Shown here: positions 48,502 through 61,302 of the stretch, piece by piece | Position numbering within the stretch: the stretch's first letter is position 1 | Layout of the letters: each line of letters starts with the position of its first letter | From: Octopus vulgaris | Lineage: Eukaryota | Length of the DNA: 64,000 nucleotides | Direction: 5' to 3' | Assembly (NCBI GenBank): GCA_951406725.2 | Contig: OX597817.1 | Span: forward strand, 114,700,001-114,764,000 | Notes under the pieces: model-generated | What the model was told of the DNA's origin: nothing | Database searches by the model: none | Seen by the model: the letters and a program-made list of their open reading frames with translations, nothing else | Made by a program: the position numbers and the translations under genes

Positions 48502-48697
48502 GAAATAACAACAGTGAAAAAATGCTTAGTTTTAATTGGTGATGTGAGTATTAACTTTACTATATATGTAGTGAGTATGGTTTTCCTGTATTTTTGAATT
48601 GTGTCAGCCACACACATGCACATGTGCACATACTTGTGTGCACACACACAAAGTTATATGTACAACAGTGTCCTGTATAGCTTCTGCATAGTTGTAT

Positions 48698-48757
<60 letters not shown>

Positions 48758-48759
<2 letters not shown>

Positions 48760-49335
48760 CATCATCATCATCATCGTTTAGCGTCCGCTTTCCATACTGG
48801 CATGGGTTGGACGGTGCAACTGGGGTCTGGGAAGCCAGAAGGCTGCACCAGGCCCAGTCTGATCTGGCAATGTTTCTACGGCTGGATGCCCTTCCTAATG
48901 CCAACCACTCCATGAGTGTAGTGGGTGCTTTTTACATGTATAAATGTGTATAAGTATGTGTGTGTACACACACAAAACATATATAGACACATATATAGAA
49001 TATTTTGGTGTGTGTGTGTTTTGGAAGATTTTATTTGAACTGTCTGCACACAAACATATTTGCATACATATATGCATGCTTGTGTGTACATGTGTGTTTG
49101 TATACCCCTATGTATATGTATCATCATCATCATTGTTTAACATATGCTTTCCATGCTAGCATGGGTTGGACTATTTGACTGAGAACTTGGCAAACCAGAT
49201 GGCTGCACCAAGCTCCAATCTTGATCTGGCAGAGTTTCTACAGCTGGATGCCCTTCCTAATGCCAACCACTCTGAGAGTGTAGTAGGTGCTTTTATGTGC
49301 CACCGGCACGGGGGCCAGTCATGTGGTACTGGCAA
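48758..49335 (-). mobile_element. Two RTE LINE 3' tails (48758-48935, 49120-49335)
   Basis: Each has (ATC)n, TTTCCAT(A/G)CT, and GCTGGATGCCCTTCCTAATGCCAACCACTC. Confidence 0.85.
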
Positions 49336-49864
49336 TATATAATATGTATATATAATACATATAATATATATAATATGTATATATAATATATAATATATAT
49401 GCATAAATATGTATTAGACACAGATTATATATATGTATATGTATACATGTATTCATATTGTATAAGTGTATACTATCATATATGTTATACATAGGTTGAT
49501 GATGATTGTTGTGAGGTTAATGTGCAGAGCTGCACTTCACATATTAAAATCTTGTTGTAAACATTGTGTTCTCCTTGCTGTTATGCTAGGCGGGCACATT
49601 GCTTAGCTAGATTCATTTTTCATACTTGAGTGGTTTAATGTTGAGAACGCCACCCATTGATAAACCTACAAGAATGCATGTTTTAACAATTCATAAGTGT
49701 AAAATTTGAAAGGGGAAATCTATCCCACATATGTAAACATAGAAATGCTAATGCTTTATATGTAATCCATGTTGTCGTAATGTGTGAAACCTCTCATAGT
49801 TGTATAAGATGCCCACTTGATGTGTGATGAGTTTAAACCTGAAGTAGAGCTTTGCTGACAACTG

Positions 49865-50215
49865 TAGTGATTCTCAACCAAGGTCCATATGTTGTTGTTA
49901 AATTTTATGTGCAATAAACTGGTTATACAATTACTTATAATATTTAATTATGAAAATATAGTAAGATTTTAAAAAAAATACTGAATGGTTATGAGGATCC
50001 ATCTCAGTAAAATGGGGATCAAAGGGGTCTGTAGGAAAAATACGGTTGAGAATCACTGCTCTATAGCAATGGTTCTCAACTGGGGCCTGTATGACCTTTG
50101 AGGTCCATATGAGATTTTGTTGTTAAAATTGGTGTAATAAATTGTTTATGTTTCTACAATATACAGAATATTTTACTAATTTTTTTTAATGCAATTTCTA
50201 ATAATATTTATTTTA
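49865..50215. mobile_element. Two adjacent hAT-type MITEs
   Basis: TAGTGATTCTCAACC..GGTTGAGAATCACTG (49865-50058), 8-bp spacer CTCTATAG, then a second left end CAATGGTTCTCAAC (50067) that is cut by a SINE. Confidence 0.75.
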
Positions 50216-50221
50216 TTCTTT

Positions 50222-50406
50222 TATTCTTTCACTGTAGCCATGTTGGAGCACTGCCTTTAGTCAAACAAATTAACCCCAGGACTTATTCTTTGTAAGCTTA
50301 GTACTTATTCTATTGGTCTCTTTTGTTGAACCACTAAGTTACGGGCATGTAAACACACCAACATTGGTTGTCAAGCGATGGTGGGAGGACAAACATAGAT
50401 ACATAA

Positions 50407-50439
<33 letters not shown>

Positions 50440-50518
50440 TATGTGCTTCTTTCAGTTTCCGTCTACCAAATACACTCACAAGGCTTTGGTTGGCTTGAGA
50501 CTATAGCAGAAGACATGC
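50222..50518 (-). mobile_element. SINE family A, partial
   Basis: GCCATGTTGGAGCACTGCC..GCTTCTTTCAGTTTCCGTCTACCAAAT. Confidence 0.85.
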
Positions 50519-51213
50519 CAAAGAGCAAAGTGAAATGAAGTGTTTTGCACAGGAATACAATGCACTACTGCTCAGGAAATTGGAACCACGATCTTGTGGT
50601 TGTGAGTGCAACACCTTAACCACTAGGCCACATGCCTTCAATAGAAAATACAAAATCAAACACAAAAGAAATTATAAAAGTCAAAATAGAAACTACAAAA
50701 AATCAAAATAAAACACTTTACGTAACCTAAGATTCTCTGAGCTTTGTTTGGTTGTGTAGTGAAAGCACTCAACAAAAATAACATTTACAAAAGATTTTTG
50801 CATTAATAAATATAAATCCTGTATAAATACTTGCTTATTTCATATTGCAATTGTTGAACAATTTTCAGTTGGTCAGTCACTACTTCACTGTATTTTTTAT
50901 GGTAGATGTGACAAGTGGTTCTTTGTGAAATTCAGTGGAACAAATCCTACATGAGGTTTTTTTATTTGGAACTAATCATTTATGTGTTTAACATGCAGCA
51001 TACCAAATTTAGGTTTCCTTGCCAATGTTTACACATTCTTTTCTGATTAACATCAATGAAATCACATGCAGACTTCATCATCATCACCATCATCATCATC
51101 GTTTTTGCTGTTATTGTCATCATCATCATTGTCATCATCATCTTCACTACTATCATCATTACATTACCTCTACTTTACATGTCATGAAAGTCAGTTCTTA
51201 TTCAAAAGTGAAA

Positions 51214-51510
51214 GTACATGGCTCAGTGGTTAGAGTGCCAGGCTCACAATCATGTGGTAGTAAGTTTGATTCCTGGATCGGGCTATGTGTTGTGTTCTTG
51301 AGCAAGACACATTATTTTTCATGTTGCTCCAGTTCAGTCTTCTGTAGAAATGAGTTGCAATGTCACTGGTGCTAAGTTGTATCGGCCTTTGCCTTTCCCT
51401 TGAAAAACATCAGTTGTGTGGAGAGGGAAAGCTGGTATGCACAGGCAACTGCTGGTCTTCCGTAGACAACCTTGCTCAGACTTGTGCCTTGGAGGGAAAC
51501 TTTCTAGGGG
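51214..51510 (+). mobile_element. tRNA-derived SINE (family C-type head, different body)
   Basis: TGGCTCAGTGGTTAGAG (A-box), GTTTGATTCCTGG (B-box), CORE-like GTGTTCTTGAGCAAGACAC. Confidence 0.7.
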
Positions 51511-52235
51511 GTCTTTACACTTTACCCTTTACCCACTCAGAAATACTACCCTCTTCCTCCACAGATAGTTTGAGTGATTATGTCTCGCTAGTACATCATA
51601 TTTTTGACATGGTTTCTACAGCTAGATGTTTTCTCAAACACCAATCACTTTAAAGTGTAATGGGAATATTGTATAGAAGCACTGGAAACAGAGAGGTTGC
51701 CTTGTTTTAGGTAGAACATGACTAAAGTGTCCTCTTAACCCTACACTGCCTTTTCTTATTCTTCAACTACTGTTCAGATTGTACCAGATGAATTCTATCA
51801 TGGCACCAACATGAGTGAGGCTACCTTGTGCTCTGCAAGACAAAAGAAACCTCCTTACTGTATATTGCCTTTATTCATTCAAGGTTACATGATAAATAGA
51901 GTAGGTAGAGGAACTGCAGAAGGGAGTGTGGGAAAGGAGAGTGAATTTGGTGAAAGAAATAAGGTGATTGGGATGACAGTGTGGTTGGGGGGGGGGAGAA
52001 GGAATGCTAGATGGAGTAATAGAAGAGATACACTTATGGCAATCAGTAGCAGCTGCTACATGTTGCTGGTAAGAGAGAATTCGAATGATGGATAATAGTA
52101 GAAATGGTTGGTGGTAAGAGTGAGTGATGTGTGTCAGTAACGAGTCACATAGAAAGAGAGAGAGAATGTGTATGTGCGTGTGTGTGTGGTGGTTAGCAGT
52201 ATATAAATATAGTGTTAGCTTGAACAGGAGAGACA

Positions 52236-52266
<31 letters not shown>

Positions 52267-52391
52267 TAATGAACAGTTGAGATGGCATTGGTAGAGAGTG
52301 ATGGATGTTGACAAAAGAGTGACTGACCTTTAGCCAGCATTTCAAAATAATATACACACATACACTTTATTTTTGTTTTCTTTTATCTTAC

Positions 52392-52424
<33 letters not shown>

Positions 52425-52427
<3 letters not shown>

Positions 52428-52625
52428 TTTTGTTCTTTCCTTTTACTTGTTTCAGACATTGACTGTGGCCATGCTGGAGCACCACCTTTAGTCAAACAAA
52501 TCGACCCCAGGACTTATTTTTTATAAGCCTAGTACTTATCCTATCAGTCTCTTTCACTGAACCGCTACGTTATGGGGCCATAAACACACCGACATTGGTT
52601 GTCAAGCGATAGTGGGGAGGGCAAA
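52425..52625 (-). mobile_element. SINE family A, 3' half
   Basis: CTTTTACTTGTTTCAGAC..GGCCATGCTGGAGCACC..GGTTGTCAAGCG. Confidence 0.85.
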
Positions 52626-52864
52626 CATATTTCAGTCATTGAGACTTTTTCAACTCTAAGTATGGAAAACAATTAAATTTTGGAAAAATTAAATGAAAAG
52701 TTTTTTAAAAGAATATTTTCACAGTATTCAAATACAAGGGCTATTTTCCTTGTTTCTGCTTGTCTCTGTCTAAGCAGTAACATGGAAAATGTTTTTTATG
52801 ATAAAATTATTTTAGCATTTTCTACCTTGACATATTTTCCTTATATATATTATTGCTTATTTTG

Positions 52865-52905
<41 letters not shown>

Positions 52906-53513
52906 ATATGTATATGTGTGTGTTATATATATATGTATGTACTCACATATGCACATTATATATATATATATATATATATATGCATGTGTGTGTGTGTACA
53001 GAGGAATTCTTTGTTCCTAGAATGAAGCTGTTGTTAAAATTACATTTTAGAAACATCTCTCCACCTGTGTTAAGTATTCCTGGAGCTAATATAACAACTA
53101 TTCCTTGGGATATTTAAGCACAATTATAAGTGTCATCTCAAGGAATCCAAAATATTTTAAAATTCACTCCCTTACAGTGAAAGTCATCAGTTTGGATAAG
53201 TTTATAACACCATTGGGTGAAGAAGAATCTGACATTTCGGAACAGACTTTGCATTTCAAAGAGAGATAAAATAATTTTCAGCTCTTTGAAATCAAAAATT
53301 CATATGAAATTATCCACACTAGTGAATTTTTCGAAATAATTTTTACTGACTCGGATCACCACCAGCATCTTTTGTATATGTTTTTCACACATGCACATTT
53401 TGTCGATTGATCACATTGGTAGAAGTTGGCTGCCTTGCATGTCTCACAGTGTGAGAAAACCCAAGATAAAGACTAAGATATTAGGGTTCGTGTAAACATC
53501 AGAAGATATAGGA

Positions 53514-53576
<63 letters not shown>

Positions 53577-54029
53577 CTTTATCTATTGCAGGTATAGTTC
53601 TGTGGTTAAGAAGTTTGCTTTTCAACCATGTGATTTTTGGATTCAGTCCTGCTGTGTAGAACATTGAGCAAGTATCTTATAGGGTAGCTCTGAGCCAAAT
53701 AATGCTCTGTGAATAATTTAGTTGATGAAAACTGTACGAAAATCCATCATCAAAATGCTGTTGTCAACTGCATTTTGATATAACCCTGGGCTCTTGAGTA
53801 ACACTATGGCTTCTCAGCTAATATGTACATACATACATGTATATGATGATTTCATTTAGGCATACTAATAACTTATTGTTAATACTCAATATACATCTAT
53901 ACATATGCTTCAGAATAAAGAGTTATACATTCATACATACATACATACATACACATACATACATACATACGTACATACATACATACATACATACATACAT
54001 ACATACATACATACATACATACATACATT

Positions 54030-54432
54030 CTTACATAAAGTTACTCTATCCAGATTACAAGTTCAGGTTTATACCTGTATTTATTGAGGCCCTGGGATAT
54101 GTAACACGCTGCCTAAATACCAATCTTGAGGAATTAGGCTTCTCAAAACCAGAAAAGAGAAAGCTAATTCGAAGACTACAGATCCAGTCCATTACTGGAA
54201 CTGTAAAAATTTGTAAAACTTTCCAGTTTATCATTTAGATATATATGAGCATGTATAGATATGTAACTATATGCATGAGAACACATACCTAAAACATACA
54301 AATCTGCACATACATACATACAAAAATACCCTGTTGTTGATGTTGAAATTCCAATGAAGGAACCTTGGATCTAGGTTAGAAACCAGTTCTTTCTCTATTG
54401 GCAAGAAATCTTGAAATAAACTGAATAATGAC
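54030..54432 (+). mobile_element. R4/Dong-type LINE 3' end inserted in (CATA)n
   Basis: LLYPDYKFRFIPVFIEALGYVTRCLNTNLEELGFSKPEKRKLIRRLQIQSITGTVKICKTF fits the RLE-LINE C-terminus (IPI.IGALG..LQ...L.GT..I). (CATA)n at left and CATACACAT at right. Confidence 0.75.
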
Positions 54433-54441
54433 ATACACATA

Positions 54442-54778
54442 TGAGTGGATTTGGTAGATGAATACTGACAGAAGCCTGTTGTATACATACATGCATATGT
54501 GTGTGTGTGTGTGTGTGTGTGTGTTTGTGAGTCTTTGTGTGTGTATGTGTGTGTGTGTTTGTGAGTCTTTGTGTGTGTGTCTCTGTGTTAGTTTTCCAAC
54601 ACCACTTAACATCCAGTGTTGGTTTGTTTACATACATATAACTTAGTAGTTCAGCAAAAAACCTCAATTAAACATGTATCTGGCTTAAAGAAGTACTGGG
54701 GTTGATTTGTTCAGCTAAACCCTATCAAGGCAGTGCTCCAGTGTGGCCACACTCTACTGACTGAAACTGCTAAAAGAT
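54442..54778 (+). mobile_element. SINE family A, headless
   Basis: GAGTGGATTTGGTAGATG..GTGCTCCAGTGTGGCCAC..GACTGAAAC. Confidence 0.8.
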
Positions 54779-54851
54779 ATCAGGTAGATACATGCACATG
54801 CATACATATAGATATGCATACATGTACATACACACACACAGATAGAGATAG

Positions 54852-54892
<41 letters not shown>

Positions 54893-56612
54893 TAGATAGA
54901 TAGATAGATAGATAGATAGATGAATAGATAGATAGATAGATAGATTGATAGATGGATAGATATAACATGTACTAAAGAGTAAGTCAATGCCTCAATCTGT
55001 GATATTAGGACAATGTGAAAAATTGTTATTTATATAATAATGTAATTGCTATTCACCAATGGTAGTCCAGTCTTGAACAAGAATATTAGAAGCTACTCTG
55101 TCCACTGAACTGTATTGTAACAATGTATGTATGCCTTATCAGAGAAATTGAATGACTTTGTTTAAATTCTTGAGCTTCCAAAATAAGTCGGCTTGTTGGT
55201 TCTTCGTTTTTAGTAATGCATGGTAAGCTATTTTGGACATCAAAGGTTATAACAGAAACAGTGCCAAATAATGCAGTTTTTATTGCAACCCACCACCTGC
55301 TTCTAATTCTTTCTTTTTCTTCTTTTCCTCTTCTTTCTAATTCTCTTCAAGGTCAGTAATTTTCAGCTAAGTATATCTTGTCCATTTCTCTACCTATATA
55401 TCATTGCAACAGTTTCAGAATCTATAGAATTCAAAAGTATCTGTCTCTCTGTCTGTCTCTCTCTCTCTCTTCTCTTGACTAAAATAATAGTCTATCTCCT
55501 TGCAGTTGTTCCATACATAATAGCCATATAAATGAAATGTTGGTTCTGTTGCAGTTAAAAGGCCAGCAGTATAATGGATTACATTTGTCGCTGAGTGAAA
55601 CTCTAATAATCGGGTTGCGGCATTAAGCAGCAACCATTAACCAAATAAAATCATGATTCAGCTCTCTGCTTATCTAATTAAAAGCTGTCAAAGTGTCTCC
55701 TGTTTCAGTTTGTAATTTTTCTCTTGGCAGGAAATGCCGATCGAATTCAAGAGAAATAACAGATTTCTTGCAGTCATTACAAACGCCTCAATCAGACACT
55801 TGTTCAAATCAAATGGATCAGCTTTTTATTTATTTATTTATTTTTATATTTTTCTTTTTATATTACCATTTCACACTGCTTGTTCTTCATCTTTCTTTTT
55901 TGTTTTTTGTCTTGGCATTCTTGTCTCCTTCATCTTTTTCGCTTTCTTTCACCCTTGTTTTACAACCTTCTTATTCCTCTTTACTTACTTCTTGTCATTG
56001 TCGTTTTTGCTGTCTTCTTCTTCTTCTTCTTCCATTATTCTCTCCGTTCCCTTACTCTCCTCTTCCTGCTCTTTCTCCTCCCACCCCTTGGTCCTTCGGT
56101 TTCTTCCACATCATATATTGATTTATCACATTGACTTAAGATCGAAAATGTGTTAGAGAAGAGGAATATAGCTGATTAAACTGAACTCCCGTGCATGAGT
56201 GCATCACAGATACTTATTTTATCAACCTTTCAAGGGACAAAAGGCTGAGATACTCCTCCTCCTCTGACCACCACCACTAATTCCTGAAACATGATAGAAT
56301 GGTACTCAACGATTTCTGCTTCTCTTCTATGTCAGGTTTGTTGTTATTTAGTCATTAGTTAACCCTGAATGAGCAAACATATAAACAACCAATGGTGCTT
56401 AATCTAAGACTGTATTGTCTTTTCTTGAGACATATGGTCTGTTTGAAGGATTACATTATCCAGTCAGTGTCTTCTCTCTGTTTTAAAATTGTAGGGTGCA
56501 GTTTGAGAGGGACTTGGCTGCTATTTCTAGCATGGTGAACAGCGGCACCCTCATTAGTTTGTAAACTCAGTTTAGCAATAATAATTCCTTACAGAAATAC
56601 AAGGCCAAACAT

Positions 56613-56835
56613 TTAACCATTCAGATAAATCTGTCAAATGTAATGCTTATTTATTCACATTGTTTTGAATTAACCATGCATTATCTTGTAGCTTTTGAAA
56701 TTTTGATGAGCCAACTGTTAATTTTTACAATGATATTGTAGGGTTGGTGTGAGAGGCCAGATCTGGCCAGTTTGAACATAAAACTTGGTAGAATATTTTG
56801 GCTGGATATGGGTGGTTAAAAAACTAAAGGGTTAA
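56613..56835 (-). mobile_element. piggyBac-type MITE
   Basis: TTAA-CCATTCAG..GAGAGGCCAGATCTGGCCAGTTTGAAC..CTAAAGGG-TTAA. Confidence 0.75.
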
Positions 56836-57006
56836 TGATTGGGAGAGGCTAATCAAATCTATCATACTGGCTCATTCTTTGATTGTTATTTTTTATGTTT
56901 TACTTGTCTTAGTTATTGGATTGTGGCCATACTGGAGCACTGCTTTAAAGGGTTTATTTTTTTAAAGTCTGCTGTTAATAGTATTGGCCTCTTTTGCTAA
57001 ACTGTT

Positions 57007-57107
57007 TATCCAAATCCATCCTGTGGTTCTTAAGATATCTTGTCCATGGACAAACAAACAAACGCAACTAAAAACAATACCTCAACCCTCGCTAAGGCAG
57101 AGGTAAT
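57007..57107 (-). mobile_element. Helentron/DINE-1-like terminus (tentative)
   Basis: Minus strand begins ATTACCTCTGCCTTAGCGAGGGTTGAGGTATTGTTTT (terminal TACCTC/GAGGTA hairpin), followed by a (TTTG)n microsatellite. Confidence 0.4.
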
Positions 57108-57126
57108 AATAATAATAATAATAACA

Positions 57127-57329
57127 ATGGTTTCAGATTTTAGCACAAGACTAACAGTTTTGGGGGAGGGGGATAGTCAATTACATCAACACCACTGTCC
57201 AACTGGTATGTATATTATTGACCCTGTAAAGCTGGAAGGCAAAGTTGACTTTTGGCAGAATGTCTCTAACTATTTTGCCTGACATGCTAATGTTTCTGCC
57301 AGCTCACCATGATGATGATGATAATGATG

Positions 57330-57387
<58 letters not shown>

Positions 57388-57628
57388 CAATAACAACAAC
57401 AACAACAACAACAATAATAACTTCAAATTTTGGCACAAGGCCAGCAATTTTGGGGGAGGGGATAAGTTGATTACATCGATTCCAGTACTCAACTGGTACT
57501 TATTTCATTGTCCCCAAAAGGATGAAGCGTAAAGTTGACCTTGGCAGAATTCAAACTCAGAATTTAAAGACATGAAATGCCACTGTACATTTTGCATGGC
57601 ATGCTAATGATTCTGCCAGCTCACCACC

Positions 57629-57631
<3 letters not shown>
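57127..57631 (-). mobile_element. SINE family B, two tandem copies separated by (AAT)n/(AAC)n
   Basis: 57127-57309 and 57420-57631 each end GCCAGCTCACCA. Confidence 0.85.
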
Positions 57632-57671
<40 letters not shown>

Positions 57672-58044
57672 TAGTAGTTGTAGTAGTAGTAGTAAGCTTG
57701 GTCATTATCCTTTTACTTCTACTTTCCATGTTGACATGGGTTAGATGAGTTGTCATAGTTCAAGTCAGATCTTACTTGGAGTTTTCTAAGATGTGACTGG
57801 ATAACTATGTCTGATTTATACATTTAATTTAGGCAAGATTTCTATGACTGGATGCCCTTCTTAATACTAACCACTTTGCAAATTGTACTGTATTATTTTA
57901 TCATGACACCTGCTCTAGAGACATTGTTACATTGTCATCAAGATATGTCTAATGGTTCCTTCTAACCTTAGATATCTCTCTCAATTACTAGATACCTTTT
58001 TACTAAAGGTTGTCATGTTCTTGATATGACAATCTTTAATAATT

Positions 58045-58440
58045 CTTTCTAAATTTAGCACAAGGCTGGCAATTTTTTGGTTGGGAGAGGTAAGTTGATT
58101 ACATTGACCTCAGTGCTTGACTGGTTCTTATCTTATCAACCATGAAAAGATGAAAGATTAAGTTGACCTCAGCTGCATTTGAACTCAGAACATAAAGACA
58201 AATGAAATACCTATTTCTTTACTACCCACAAGGGGCTAAACACAGAGGGGACAAACAAGGACAGACAAACGGATTAAGTCAATTATATCGAACCCAGCGT
58301 GTAACTGGTACTTAATTTATCGACCCCGACAGGATGAAAGGCAAAGTCGACCTTGGTGGAATTTGAACTCACAACATAACGGCAGACAAAATACCACTAA
58401 GCATTTCACCCGGCATGCTAACGTTTCTGCCAGCTCACCA
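58045..58440 (-). mobile_element. SINE family B dimer
   Basis: Full unit 58212-58440 fused to a headless unit 58045-58211 that carries a different tail. Confidence 0.85.
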
Positions 58441-59640
58441 CAAGTATTTTTAACAGTGGAACAAAGCCATAATTGTTAAGAGAGGATACAGTCGATTCAA
58501 TTGATTTCAGGACTTAACCAGTACTGATTTATCAATCCCTCTAGGATGAAAATAATGTTAACATGTAGCTGGATTTAATCAACCCCCAGCAACATGAAAA
58601 GTGAAGTTGACACCTGGCCAGATTCAGTGTTCTAATGTAAAGAGACTATTTGTCTGCTGCTTAAGTTATTTGACCATTCTAAAAGCATAAAAAAAGAAAC
58701 CATATATAAATGCTTCTAGGAACTGTGATTAAAAGAAAATTGGTTTGCTGTTATATTCTTCAGAATAAATGAAGCAAAACTTATTGATTTGTGATTTCCA
58801 GACGAAAAACTGGTGCAATAAGCAAAAAAGCCATTAGCTTCCAAATTTATATTTTAACCGAAAACTGTTTCATTTAGAGAACAGGGAATAACTAAAGAGT
58901 TTATTTTTGTGGTCAAATTTGTCCAGTAAGAAATTCAATTGGTATTGACATATCTGACAAAAATGTTGCCACACCAGTAAAATTAATCAAATTTACTTTC
59001 TCTTTTTATGAATTTCTGATGGAATTTCATTTTTTTTTTTCCTGAAGACACACAACACAATTTTCTTTATAGATCAATACAATTTACTATTCGATGTTCA
59101 CACTTCACTGTTCACTATTACCTGTCATTGATAAACCAACACTAGATTATCTATAGGGTTGCTTGACCTGCTGAGTATAGTAACCAAGTCTTCTTCAACT
59201 CACACCCTGCCATTATAGAAAGTTACATAATGGGTAATGTTATGCTAGGTTTCTTTCACTGACAAAAAAAAAAAGGGTTAGTTATTGTTGAAATGCCTTT
59301 GATCAAGGGTGACCTGGAACTAAACTACAGTATTAACGCCAGCATATCATGGAGAAGTGTATCTTTATGGTCATTTGGCATGTTAGAAAATGCAGCCAAA
59401 TCTCTCTCAAATCACACTTTATCATTTCTAAGGAAAGATGAACACAGTGGAAAATTAGTTCCTAGATATACAAAAAAGATGAGATGGTCACTGCTGGAAT
59501 GCATTTGATCATAGGTCTACTCAGTCAGGGCTGATTTGTTTATTGAGGTGACCCTGTACATGGTTGCTTCGCTTGTTTGAAATAGCAGCCAAATATCTTT
59601 CAAATCACTCTCTACTATCTTTAAAAAAGGAAGGGCATAC

Positions 59641-59966
59641 TATCAGGTCATCCCATAAGTTCGGTCTGAATTTTGAATTAAAAAAAAAAACAAGTGATCA
59701 AATGTTATATTTAATTGAAATTTAATCATCAATGTACTTTACCTGATTATCTATGACTTCCTTCCATCTATTTACAAGCTTTTTAATCCCATCAATGTAA
59801 AACTCTTTTGGTTTCAAAGCGAAGAACTCTGAAATATCAGCTTCAACCTCCTTCTGGCTTACGAAAGTTATGTTCCCCAAATGATTCTGTAAACTATGAA
59901 ACAAATGGTTGTCTGAAGGAGCAAAATCAGGGGAATAAGGTGGCTGAGGAATTTTTTCCCAACCAA
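59641..59966 (-). mobile_element. Mariner element 3' end (transposase C-terminus plus TIR)
   Basis: LGWEKIPQPPYSPDFAPSDNHLFHSLQNHL..FYIDGIKKLVNRWKEVIDNQVKYIDD* (YSPDLAPSD motif); terminus TA|TCAGGTCATCCCATAAGTTC. Confidence 0.9.
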
Positions 59967-60328
59967 GCTGAGGTGGACATTGCCTTTCATTCATACAAGG
60001 TTGATAAATTAAGTACCAGTTGCATGCTGGGGTCGATCTAATCAACTGGTCCCATCCCCCAAAATTTCAGGCCTTGTGCCTATAGTAGAAAGGATTATTA
60101 TTATTACTAAAAGGTGGTGAGCTGGCTGAATCGTTAGCATGCTGGGTGAAATGCTTAGTGGTATTTCATCTGCCACTACATTCTGAGTTCAAATTCCACT
60201 GAGGTTGACTTTGCCTTTCATCCTTTCAAGGTCAATAAATTAAATAGCAGTGAAACACAGGGGTCGATGTAATCGACTTATCCCCTTCCCAAAATTTCAG
60301 GCCTTGTGCCTACAGTAGAAAGGGATAT
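59966..60328 (+). mobile_element. SINE family B, two tandem copies
   Basis: Both end AAAATTTCAGGCCTTGTGCCTA(T/C)AGTAGAAAGG(G)ATTATT. Confidence 0.88.
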
Positions 60329-60751
60329 TATTGCGATTACTTTTATACTGTCCTGCCTATAAGAAACCAGTCTAGAAATTTCAAGACTGGTTATTGGTTA
60401 TACTTCGTTCTTATTCACCTTTTCTCTTTTTGTGTGTATGTGTGTGTGTCTCTCTCTGTCTCTCTTTTTCTCTCTGTCTCTTTACCCCACTTAGCTTTTC
60501 AAAAAGTTTTATTTTCAGCATAAATGTTGCCTAGTTTTTATATTTGTTGATAAATTCAATTCTTAGTGTTTTTATTGTGATTTAACATCCCAACCAGTCT
60601 ACTGCCGATAAGCCATGCTTCTAACTAAACCATATCCACCAATTTTAATATCTAACTTACACCTTTTCTTATTTGTTTGTTGCCCTGGTAACATCAGCCA
60701 TTGCTCATCGTTTATGGTTGGAGACTATGTTATATACATGCGTATATATGC

Positions 60752-60800
<49 letters not shown>

Positions 60801-60859
60801 CATAAATATATATATTTATGTATATATATGTATATGTGTGTATGTGTATTTTGTATGGT

Positions 60860-60945
60860 ATGGTTTTATTTTAAAAATTGCTTTCCAATAAGAGAAAGAG
60901 TTGATTTCCAACTCAGAGCCAAGTCTCTATCATTGGAATAACTAA
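60860..60945 (-). mobile_element. 3'-UTR stub related to the R4/Dong-type end at 54345-54432
   Basis: Minus strand TTCCAATGATAGAGACTTGGCTCTGAGTTGGAAATCAACTCTTTCTCTTATTGGAAAG..AAATAAAACCATAC aligns with 54349-54432. Confidence 0.6.
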
Positions 60946-61241
60946 ATGGTCATGTGCTTACATATTTATATCAGGTTAACTGCTTTTAGGGCAAATGTGT
61001 GTGTGTATTTACATGCATGTATGTGTGTGTGTGTATATATATGTGTATATATATATATGTATACACACACACACATATACACATATATTTATATACATAT
61101 ACATACACATATATATAAACTGCTATCAAGACATATGTAAAGCCTACAAAGTGTGTTGAGTGCTACTTTCCTTCATTTGTTTCCTTACATGTATACATAC
61201 ATACATTCATACACACACACACACACACATATATATACATT

Positions 61242-61296
<55 letters not shown>

Positions 61297-61302
<6 letters not shown>

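Noticed and set aside
54351-54401. SECIS element (ATGA..hairpin)
   Set aside because: No matching GA quartet geometry or apical AA motif, no selenoprotein ORF, and it lies in a LINE 3'UTR.
36710-59966. The two mariner pieces as one split gene or a SETMAR-like domesticated gene
   Set aside because: They overlap at the YSPD region with different sequences (CGFELVDQPPYPPD versus LGWEKIPQPPYSPD), and the longer piece has stops and frameshifts.
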